A stretch of 64,000 bases of DNA from Tubulanus polymorphus (Eukaryota; Animalia; Nemertea). The translations under genes and the position numbers were made by a program. The DNA is taken from positions 29,112,150 to 29,176,149 of the forward strand of contig NC_134026.1 of NCBI RefSeq assembly GCF_964204645.1, read 5' to 3'. Positions 42,001 through 51,745 of this stretch are shown one piece after another. The notes beneath the pieces are model-generated. The model searched no databases. It saw only the letters and a program-made list of their open reading frames with translations, and was not told where the DNA came from. How positions within the stretch are numbered: the first letter of the stretch is position 1; each line of letters opens with the position of its first letter.

Positions 42001-45000
42001 CAGAACGAGATATACTCCTCCTGATCGCCGAACGACTAGGTAGTTCGACAAACCTTGGGGATGTGGTTTCCATCCCGAAATTTTCAGGTAGACCAAACGG
42101 GAGTGACTTTTCGCAATGGTTGCGAACGTATGACAATGTAGCTAAAGCGAGAGGTTGGACGGACGACCAATGTAAAAATTTCATGTTCCAATATTTAGAG
42201 GGTCCGGCTAGACGGTTCTATGACGATTTAGTCATAGATCGATCTACAAAATTTGCTAGTATTGTTAATTCTTTTAGGGACCACTTTGAGTCGGACAGTC
42301 TGCGACTCCGAGAGGAGACTGACTTCTCCGGACTTCGGCAGAAGAAAGGGGAGTCAGTCGATGATTATTCGGAGCGAGTGGACCGACTGGCTCACAAATT
42401 ACAAAAATCGGACCGAGACAAATTGGTCGTCTTTCTCAACGGGCTGGACAATGCGATCAGGAAGGACGTGATGATGATGAGGCCCGACACGTTTTCAATG
42501 GCAGTCGAGCACGCGAGGACTGCCGAGCAGTGGACTGATCGAGATCTGACGAAACCGACAGTGAACCAGACCTCCCCAACTGATGCGTCACTCCTCAAGA
42601 CCATGGAGGAGATAAAAGGAATGTTCTCTCAGTTCTTACGGCTGAGAGAGCCTAGTGACAGGGGTGAGAGGCAAGCACAGAGGCCTATGAGAGGTGATCG
42701 ACGGGGGGACACGTTCATTCGACAATCCCCAGGTCGAAATCGCAGCGCCCCTCGATGGCAAGATGCGAGACCTCGTTACGACCAAAACCCACGCTTTGAG
42801 CCCCGACGTTCTTACCCGGCTAGGAGAGAAAGAAATCTCGCGGGGCACAATAATTGTTTCAGGTGTGGTCAACCGGGTCATTTTGGGAAGTTCTGTCCAT
42901 ATACGCCAGATACGGGTCGACAGTACGGATACAGAGAGCCACAAGAGGGGAGGATATATCCGCGGTCGCCACAACACCCGCCGCCACAACACCCGCTGCC
43001 ACCCATGCAGGGTCAAAGGGGAGATCAACAGCAGCCGGGAAATGGTTTCGGTCGTCACCAGCAGGATGGCGCGATGACGGCCTCAATGTACCCAGTTATC
43101 CCCGGCCATCCAATGTATCCCTACGAGACCAACGAGCTCTATTAAGAACACCTCATGACAGGCCACTCACACACCCAGTCACCATCGAACGACAATTCAC
43201 CCAGCCTTTGCCTGAGGAGAGAGTGAGGGACCCTCAAGGGTCACTGAGAGGACGTACTCCGACAGACAAGGAGATAGACCGTCCGTTGCCGACTAGAGGT
43301 TTCGACAAACAAAGGACGTCTGGCGACAAGCATTACACGCCACCTATTCTTGCATCCGTGGCTAACCGTGTAACGGGTACCCATGCGGGAAATACATTGT
43401 CCGTTTTGGTCGATACCGGTGCTGAAATAAGCGTCCTGAATGAGGCCTGGTATCGCCAAAACCCATCAATAGCCGTGGGTCCCGTGATGCAGGGTCAGTT
43501 CATGGAGGCAAGAGCGGTGGATGGTAAGACATTTGAGTTGAAAGGCGTTGTGCCCACAAATTTTAAAATTGGTGAGTATGACGTTCGTCACGCTATGTAC
43601 TTGGTCCCAGGAATCGATACTCATATTATTTTAGGTTCCGACTTTTTGCGCTCTAACAACGCAAGTATTAATTACGGATCGAATTTTCTCAAGCTACCGG
43701 GAGCAAGTCCAATTCATTTTACTAACAAGATAGATTTAAATAAAACAACTTCGGTTCAAAGCACGACCAATCCAATTATTCCACCTATTTCTGAAAAGAT
43801 TGTCGATGCACATTGTTCACAGGCCCTAGTCGAAAAAATTAACAGCAAAAAGGCTGTATATGAATTTTCACACCAGTTACGTGAAAGGAAAGTCGTGGGT
43901 GCCACGGCTGCAATATCAATTTCATCGATTAATATTCACGCAAGTTCTACTAATCTCACACCACGGTTCGTTAATATTCACGAAAGGTCATATTTAGGGC
44001 CACATAGATTAGATCATGCGAATCCGGAATCGCCACTGTTCCGGGAATGGAGGCTGTATCATCGGGTACGCCCTCCCGAAAATCGTTGTGGAAGAATAAT
44101 CGGTAAAAGGCTCGACAGGTTAGAGTTACTGAAAGTTGAGGAAGAAAACTCTGCCTGACAAAAGATGACGACTATTTTTAAGTGACGAGCGACGAGACAT
44201 TTCTTAATGGATAAATTTTGATTCGAAATAATTGAATGATTATTTTGAAGCTTATGATTGATTGAGATCGTTTCATTTTTTTCGCGGTCACATTTTTAAT
44301 TTAGCAATGAACTAACGTAAACACAGGTCGCTTGGATGTAACCATTTCTTTATTTCGCCTACTGATGACAATAACAATAACAGATAATTCAACATTCCGC
44401 TGCCAATTCTATCGCTGATATGAGAATGGATTTTTTTAATGGCTAACACACACTATGGCTTGAATTGTTTCCTTAACCCATGACAATTGAGTATTAAACG
44501 CGTTCTTAACAGGTATTTTAATGAAATCACTTACTGGAAATGTGGATACCCGGTGTTGGTAAATGATACGATTGTTGGAAAGGCCGATGCAGCCGACGTA
44601 GATTCGTTGAGCTGGAAATGCATGAAAATAAGATGTTATTGCATACAAGTTGATAATATTTTGAGGTTAAATTGATTGAATTAATTGTGGAAAACTATGC
44701 TATTATTATGTTAAAAAAAATTAAAAAAAAAAAACTCTCTTGCTAGGGAAATGGAATGATATTCAAACGAACTATGTTAGGAGAAAATATGTTGTTCAAA
44801 AAGAATGTGTTACACAATAATATGTTGGTTGAGCGAATGATGGGAAAATTTATCTTCATTATCCGTAAGATAAACATAAGATGTTCTTCGTGATTCATGA
44901 ATTGAGTGGTTGAAATACGTGCTATATTTTCGGTATATCTATATCTATATATATATAAGAAAAATTCCTAAATATTATAATGAGGGATATTTTGAATGAT

Positions 45001-48000
45001 TTGATGATTTTTATATCAGGTAGTTGAATGAAAAACAAATTATTTGCTGTGATTACTTGTGCTATGTTTTGAGTTGTAGGTTTAGTATCTGATATAGGTA
45101 ATAAAGGGCTTTTGGCTTACCGTTCTCAACAGTTCCTCCGTTCCACGTGTTGGTGGACATATTTCCTCCGTGATGGATGTTGGTGGAAAAATAACGATGC
45201 GCTCTTATATCCGTTCTCCGACGAAATGTTCAAACTTGTTTCGCGACGTTCTTTTAAATTCGCGCCGGATGGACTCGCTATTGTTCGGAAATAGTATGCG
45301 ACACTGTTTCTAGGGACGTACGCGGGTCAACTCATGTTTATTGCTCACTTCTTCGCACGTTTAAACTCAAAATTTCCGCAAATACAATGTACGTATAGAC
45401 TCTTTCGTTACCAATCCATTAACTCCGCTCTTTTATGAAGGTTCTCAGTCCACATGCTGGTCAAGAAGACGATGACTGATGTAAATTCCCGACGCCTGAC
45501 AGTTTAATGGCTGGTGCGCCCGCCTGACCGAAAATTGCGCATATTGATCGCCGAGTCAGGTTGATGGTGGAAGTGCAATGCGGTGATGGACATTCACAAT
45601 GTATTATTCGTGATGAACTGTTGTTTTGCAGAAAAATATGGAAGCGATTCGTATTCAACAAAAGAAGTATTTGGTAGTGCCGATGCGGTGGTAACTCGTA
45701 CGAACTCTTTTTCGTAATTTTGCGGACTGTGATGTTTAACGTTGCGTTGTTGTGGTCAATGCGTGTCGTTGATAGCGTTTCGAATTATTCGCGGATACGT
45801 TTGCGTTTCTGACTCTAATGGTTTATCGGTTTTCGCTGATTGCGCGCTTGTGACTCTATTTGTTTATCAAAACGATGATTATTTGCTACATTCTTATTGT
45901 TTGCGATTTGTTTCATTTATCTACGATTTAATTGTGTCTATGTATGAATATGTTGCTTGTTGCTGTGTTCATTGTGATTATTTTATTGTCATGTACGTTA
46001 TCGTCGACACCTTGGTTTATTATTACTGTATTGAGTCACGCGTCAAATTTGAAATCATAACATTGTTACTCCATGCTTGCTGAACTTTTGTGACAAAGTG
46101 GGACACTTTGAATTTGGGTTGGAGGTACTGTTATGATAGCCAATTTTTATATTTATAAAACATGCATAGTTCAATAGCAGTTGTATGTTCACAATGCATA
46201 CAACTCTATTCACTAGGAAATCCAGAACGGGCATGTTTTACTAATGGGTTTTTCAATGTAGATTTGTTATTGTTTACTAGGAATTCATAAACGGGCAAGT
46301 TTTGGCTTTGCGGTCATTTAATGTTGTTTGCCTTTGTTACTAGTTCAGTTTATGTCTCGGATTAATAAGAAATATTTTGGAGTTAGTTTTCAAGACAATA
46401 GAAAAATCCTAAGGGATTAGTCAAGTGTCAACGTCTACGTGTTTGGAAACCGAGACAACTCCGGGCTTGTTTCTTAACCAGGTTGCTAAGAACATTAATT
46501 CTTGGGGGCCTGGTGGGCGAATCAGGTCCCGAGGTTAGTCGTCGGCCCTCCCCAAATGCGGTGGCGTTGGTCACGAGAATAGTCCCTTGGAAACCAAATT
46601 TTGGATAGTATAAAAATAAGAGACATAGCTGAACTAGTCGGAGAGCACCTGGGAAACCAAGAGGGGAAGGAACTAGAACCCGAAATTGTAAAAGGTGTCG
46701 ATAAATAGGAAAGACGAAAGTAACATAATAAATAGTTGTGAGTATTTATATTCGAAGTATTTGCATCTTAGTCGTTTATTCATTTTTGGTCTCGGGTCAA
46801 ATTCAATTTGTGTCGTTGTGCGGAGCTGAGGAAGGATACGCTCTCCCACGATATTTCGGTTCCTTCTTCGGGCCGCATAACACTGTATCTAACTCACCCC
46901 TGTACTCAGTTCATCCATTCTTACTGATTATTGAAATTGAGCTATAATTTAAGATAATCATATTCGGATTGTGATAAGTTTTATTATTTCTATCATACTA
47001 GATTTCCAATCAAAACATTACAACATGTGTTTAGATTCATCGTAAGCTGAGTGCAGGATAGTTAGATACATCCGGCAAAACCTCCACCAGTTCTAAGCAC
47101 AAATACCAGAGTCTAGTTACCCGTGTAAGGCCCAGCGATTTGGATATTTAGATATCTTTTACGGATAGATTTTACAGATAGATTACAATCAGTTACCAGA
47201 GTTGAGTGTTAATGTTTAAGAAGAGAAGAAGATATGCATAGGATAGAGCTATTGAGGAACATATAGCATAAAATGAGTCGATATATCATCATATCAAAAT
47301 AAACTGATCAAAATTTACTAATCAGAACAAGGTACTTTGTATTTGTATTTACCTAATTGGGAAGGATAATATTTCCAAAAAGTTTTAATACAAAAGTAAA
47401 TATACAATATCAAACTCAGTTTTATGTCTGTTCACCCCAACAACAAGCCAAGGTTGCACACGAACTAAAAGCTTCCCACAAACATGAGAAATATTTATAG
47501 AATCTTATAGCAGGTATTGTATAAGCAGCATATCGCTAAGGAGCAGTACAAGAAACTAGCTTCATGGTATATATTATAACGCTATCTGTGCTTAGAGACA
47601 GTAAAAACCTGACCCAGAACAAACTCTGTGTCTCATTACTTACAATGAGGGCCGTAAAAATTCGTTATGCTCCTTTATCCATACACCCCGTATTATTCTT
47701 TGGAGCAGCAGTAATTGTCCCGCCCCGGCACCTATTTGTATAGAAAGCATGCAAAAAAGAAGAGCCAGCCATAATAAAAATTAGGTAAGGCACTGAAATC
47801 GCTATTAATATTGTGATTTGAAGATCAGATTTGCGTTGAAAATCACATATAACAGCAAAGAAGATTTTCATACGATTCCAATGAATGAAAAGTAGGATGA
47901 GGCTGGAAGCAGGATAGATTAAAATCAACTTTCAAAACATCTAACGTTACAAAATAATTATTCAGTTTTCTAAAGGAAGGAAACAAGTGACAGAAACCAA

Positions 48001-49424
48001 AGATACAAAAATCTATTGTATAACTAACTAAACAATAAGAACTTATAAAGCTTAGATACGTTTGATACAATTATGAAATCTGTTTACATGAAAACAAGAC
48101 ACCATCAGGTATAAATTCCAAGCACCAGTTGAAAGATAGACCCAACCTTAGAATGAATACCGTACTAGCAGTGCAGTTTTCAAAGTCAGATAACTATCCT
48201 CTGGTTAACTAAGTTTAACCAACCTTAGGTAGTACTAAGTGTAACTGACCCCAGATTAAGAAACTATAGGCAGAATACAAAATCTCATAATAATTCAATT
48301 TGCTTTCGATTTTGAATCACATGTGAACCACAATTAATTCTTAAATGACTTATGAAATTTCATCTCGTGATACGGAAGACAATAAAAACGATTTAATTGC
48401 TTACCTTTGACAACACCGATTATTGCGATAATTATGTAAGATCCAGGATAGAGCTTCGAAGCGATGATGATTCCTTCGTAGATTTTCCTCGTTCTTTGAA
48501 TCTCTTTCAGTATGTATATACATATCTTAACCGGTAGGAAGTGTGAAATCTTGTAAGCCAAATCAAACGGAGAATAGTTGATCACGTACCTGCAGCAAAA
48601 TAACACATTACCATCAATTCATTATTAAACCTTTCAATGCGTCTACACCGCAGTGCGGCGTACAAATCGGTGATGGATTTTGCTAGTACACCCCAATGCG
48701 GTATATTGATGTAATCAGTAATTGGTAATTATCTCTGATGAAAAATGGCAGCACCTGTCAAACATAGTGAAATAATAGTAACTAACGATACACCGCACCA
48801 CGATGTAGATGCACTATAGTGGTATTCCTGTTATTAAACACACTAGGGTGGAATTTTTAAAAATTTTCAAATTATCTCCCACACTATAGGGTATTAATTA
48901 GTCACCACTGAAAGGGGTAATGAAAATCGCACGCTAATGATGGTCTGGAGAATGAAGTTAGAAATGTTTACCTGAGTTCGGTGTTTATCAATATTCAATG
49001 TTTCAACTTTAACTCTAATAATCATCAGGATTGCAAAGGACAATTGTAATCCTGCATGTAGGATATGGTCGAGATCTCAAATCAACTACTTAACTAGCTG
49101 AAGAAACATTTCAGCCTTTTTTATTCCGAGTTTTTAATTCTGCGCCTTTCAACAATAGTTAGGGCCTATATCATTCATCAATTTATTGGTACAGGCCCTA
49201 CTACTGGAGTAAAAATGTTGATTATAGAAACTGACTCCAACCTAAACTTACCATACTATACTGGCTACCAAAATTGCGTGGTGGTTCTTGAATGGTGTAA
49301 GTATCGGCTCACCCAACAGGAAATTTGCTAAAATACTGCCTCCAAAACATAGTAACATGCTAGAAATCCAGCACGCCAAGGGATGCTTCCGCGAAAATAT
49401 GGAGGATCCTGCAAACAAATATCA

Positions 49425-49470
<46 letters not shown>

Positions 49471-50285
49471 GTCAATAGAAGTTAAAGTAGACTAATTAGT
49501 CTGGTGCTCATGTACTAGCCTCTGCGTACTGAAGTGTTTATACCTTAGCCTTTACCCCTGGCTTAATCCGGTGTTGTATGATTACTGTTACTGTAGGGGA
49601 ACATTTTGTCTGGTGGTATTCAGACTGCTAACCTCAATACATCCCTGTTGCCTAGTGCCCTTTCTTGTTAATATATGAGATTGCAATGTCAAACCATTTG
49701 TTTGGTAGAGGAAGTTTATTTTGTCCTAATGTCGAGAGCCCGAGGGGGAAACTTACCAGAACTAGAATTTGTAGAAGGCTGGTTGTCATCTCTGACAATC
49801 AAACACATCAACGCATAATGCGTTATATCAAAATATGGATACATTTTCAACTTCGTCACATATGTGGCGACATCCATAAATGTTTGAGGATCCATTATGA
49901 AGATTAGGCGGGTCTTAGAAGGCAATAAGCGACAAGAAACTGACGTGTACCAGAATTTTTGTCGAGCTGTCAAACAATCTACCCGGCTGGTGCTGCCCTC
50001 TATAAACAGGGTGGTCCGAAACCAAACTGTTCAAGGCGAATAAAACCAAGCGTTCCGTGTCACTGGTTCCATTCACAGTCCAATACTAACTGCTATTCGT
50101 CAGTTTCTTTTTAAAATCGTACAATTGTAAACACATTTGATGTTTTGCAATAAAAACTTACCAGTTTGTGGACTGTCTTCTCTAACCATTAGACTCATCA
50201 GAATAAAGTTAGCTATGTCGAAATAGGGCCACATTTTTAACTTTGTTAAAGTTGTGGCAATATCCATAAACGTTTGGGGATCCAT
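39095..50285 (-). CDS. TMEM38: Trimeric intracellular cation channel (TRIC/TMEM38) with two alternative first coding exons
   Basis: Exon 1a 50285-50162 or exon 1b 49895-49757; exon 2 49408-49252 (SRKHPLACWISSML...NFLLGEP); exon 3 48589-48405 (YSPFDLAYK...LKEIQRTRKI...GVVKG); exon 4 40181-40094 (ERIIRGLWIPSSNEFLQPSF); exon 5 39398-39095 (TKASLL...DPFVPFEN). Confidence 0.92.
40274..41027 (+). repeat. 5' LTR (754 bp)
   Basis: Direct repeat of 46129-46882; TATAAAA at 40754-40760 and AATAAA at 40872-40877. Confidence 0.96.
41032..41049 (+). promoter_or_regulatory. Primer-binding site complementary to the 3' end of tRNA-Phe
   Basis: TGGTGCCGAAACCCGGGA, 4 nt after the 5' LTR; reverse complement TCCCGGGTTTCGGCACCA matches the 3' end of eukaryotic tRNA-Phe(GAA). 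Confidence 0.85.
41901..43145 (+). CDS. gag: Gag (Ty3/Gypsy capsid plus CCHC zinc knuckle), 414 aa
   Basis: FSGRP..DFSQWL..Y...GW..YLEGPARRFY capsid signature; LRQKKGESVDDY MHR-like motif; CFRCGQPGHFGKFC knuckle; intact ORF. Confidence 0.92.
   Translation: MPPPSTRSQTAHEDIDDPQSPTAGAGSSTGTSMSERDILLLIAERLGSSTNLGDVVSIPKFSGRPNGSDFSQWLRTYDNVAKARGWTDDQCKNFMFQYLEGPARRFYDDLVIDRSTKFASIVNSFRDHFESDSLRLREETDFSGLRQKKGESVDDYSERVDRLAHKLQKSDRDKLVVFLNGLDNAIRKDVMMMRPDTFSMAVEHARTAEQWTDRDLTKPTVNQTSPTDASLLKTMEEIKGMFSQFLRLREPSDRGERQAQRPMRGDRRGDTFIRQSPGRNRSAPRWQDARPRYDQNPRFEPRRSYPARRERNLAGHNNCFRCGQPGHFGKFCPYTPDTGRQYGYREPQEGRIYPRSPQHPPPQHPLPPMQGQRGDQQQPGNGFGRHQQDGAMTASMYPVIPGHPMYPYETNELY
43037..43111 (+). promoter_or_regulatory. 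-1 programmed ribosomal frameshift signal (slippery heptamer plus H-type pseudoknot)
   Basis: G_GGA_AAT (43037-43043) in the gag frame, 6-nt spacer, stem 1 GGTCGTCA (43050-43057)/TGACGGCC (43075-43082), stem 2 GGATGGC (43064-43070)/GCCATCC (43105-43111). Confidence 0.8.
43043..44158 (+). CDS. pro: Retropepsin aspartic protease in the -1 frame (C-terminal part of an approximately 750-aa Gag-Pro fusion); pol ends before RT
   Basis: ORF 42854..44158 is -1 relative to gag; VLVDTGAEISVL active site and ILGSDFL motif; stop at 44156-44158. Confidence 0.88.
   Translation, partial: WFRSSPAGWRDDGLNVPSYPRPSNVSLRDQRALLRTPHDRPLTHPVTIERQFTQPLPEERVRDPQGSLRGRTPTDKEIDRPLPTRGFDKQRTSGDKHYTPPILASVANRVTGTHAGNTLSVLVDTGAEISVLNEAWYRQNPSIAVGPVMQGQFMEARAVDGKTFELKGVVPTNFKIGEYDVRHAMYLVPGIDTHIILGSDFLRSNNASINYGSNFLKLPGASPIHFTNKIDLNKTTSVQSTTNPIIPPISEKIVDAHCSQALVEKINSKKAVYEFSHQLRERKVVGATAAISISSINIHASSTNLTPRFVNIHERSYLGPHRLDHANPESPLFREWRLYHRVRPPENRCGRIIGKRLDRLELLKVEEENSA
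46129..46882 (+). repeat. 3' LTR (754 bp)
   Basis: Same length as, and apparently identical to, the 5' LTR; preceded by a short G-rich tract GGGTTGGAGGTAC (weak PPT). Confidence 0.96.
49757..49895 (-). CDS. TMEM38: TMEM38 alternative first coding exon 1b
   Basis: MDPQTFMDVATYVTKLKMYPYFDITHYALMCLIVRDDNQPSTNSSS, then G|gtaag; paralogous to exon 1a with the same phase-1 donor. Confidence 0.85.
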
Positions 50286-50688
50286 CCTGAGATTGTTTTG
50301 AGTTTATTCGAACGAAAACAAGAAGATCAGAACAAAAACAACCAGTACGATCCTCCTCCCTTGGCGTACAGTACGTGTAGAGACAGTAACAGCTGGTTTT
50401 CATACTGCCATCTACTGTTCTATACACTAACTGCTCAGTGCTCTAGATTTTAATAAATGCGATTCTGCCTATTGAAAACTGGTTTCCTGTGAAAAAGTTG
50501 TAACTTTTCTATATTTTTCCGCAATGCTAATTTAATTTTGCATGTCATTTAAATCTTGCTCTTCCGGCCGGTGGTGCTTTCATCAGTTCATGCCAGGTCT
50601 CGAACAACGCCGCCGAAGAAATCGTCAGTGTCCGTCAAAAAAAAAACTGAAACACCTGTGATAATCATCTGTTTTTAACTGTTTTTAT

Positions 50689-51161
50689 AATTGACCCCCA
50701 AATACCCACAATATCAAAAATAATGTTTAGAAATAAATAAGTAAAATACAAAACGGTCAGAGAAAATAGAACTATTCGAGAGCTACAGTCCAGTAAATAG
50801 TTGTTGCCCGGTGCAAGGGCTCCTTGGGGGTCTAATTGACGCCCAAAGACCCAAAAATATCAAAAATGTTTGGAAATTAATAAGTAAAATACAAAACGGT
50901 CAAAGTCTCTGAAACTTTCAGAGAAGATAGACCTAAACAAGAGCTACAACCCAGTATATAGTTGTTGCCTGGTGCAATGGCTCCTTGGGGGTCTAATTGA
51001 CGCCCAAAGACCCCAAAATATCAAAAATAATGTTTGAAAATTAATAAGTAAAATACAAAACGGTCAAAGTCTCTGAAACTTTCAGAGAAGATAGAACTAT
51101 TCGAGAACTACAGTCCAGTATATAGTTGTTGCCCGGTGCAAGGGCTCCTTGGGGGTCTAAT
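50689..51161. repeat. About 150-165-bp tandem repeat, 3 copies, in the TMEM38/ATAD2 divergent intergenic region
   Basis: Units start aattgac(c/g)cccaaa at about 50689, 50835 and 50995 and end gctccttgggggtct. Confidence 0.9.
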
Positions 51162-51745
51162 CAGTCGACTCGGAGCATAGAACTATAACGTCTCGGAGCG
51201 ACTGGGTCCCGGGCGACCGAGTCCCCTGTCCAGAGAAACCGTTCTGAACTCACTCACGTTTGAGTTAGTCCTCATCGGAAGCACGCCAGGTCTGACCATG
51301 GATGTTTCTACGTCCATCGGGTCCCATCGACGATTTTACCACGATTGAAGAGCCGGCCGCCGCGGGCGCACCCGCGTGCCCCAGACAACCCCGGACACGG
51401 CATCATACCGGACTTAATTCCGATGCCCGCTTTGAAAGCTAACCGTGGCAAGCGAGTGTTTGCAGCCGTCCTTCAATTTTCCCGCGCTACTCTCGCCAGC
51501 GTATTAATACAATCAATACTATTCACGATAGCATCGATCGAATCAAAAAACCCTTTTTTTCTGAAACAAATAAATTATATTGAAACTTGCCTGACTTTTG
51601 AGTTAATTGCCTTCATTTATGACACTGAAACTCTGGCTTCTTAAAAGACATATTTTTGACGCGGTATGGGTCCCTGTGAATGTTGTTGGGCTACAATGGT
51701 GGTAAAGTGAAAAATATTTCGAAATTGGGAAAAATTGGCGTCCAA

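Larger units (their letters stand above)
40274..46882 (+). mobile_element. Young non-autonomous Ty3/Gypsy-type LTR retrotransposon (Gag plus protease only) in TMEM38 intron 3, antisense to the host gene
   Basis: Two 754-bp LTRs with TGTTATG...CATAACA ends, 4-bp TSD CTGT (40270-40273 and 46883-46886), tRNA-Phe PBS, gag and protease ORFs; no RT YxDD-bearing or integrase ORF in the track. Confidence 0.95.

Noticed and set aside
41901-44158. Gag-Pro as an already domesticated host gene (Arc, PEG10 or PNMA-like)
   Set aside because: Flanked by apparently identical LTRs, a TSD and a PBS, which indicates a recent transposition product.
47665-48070. Short hydrophobic minus-strand ORFs in TMEM38 intron 3 as extra exons
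   Set aside because: No similarity to TRIC; exons 3 and 4 join in phase without them.
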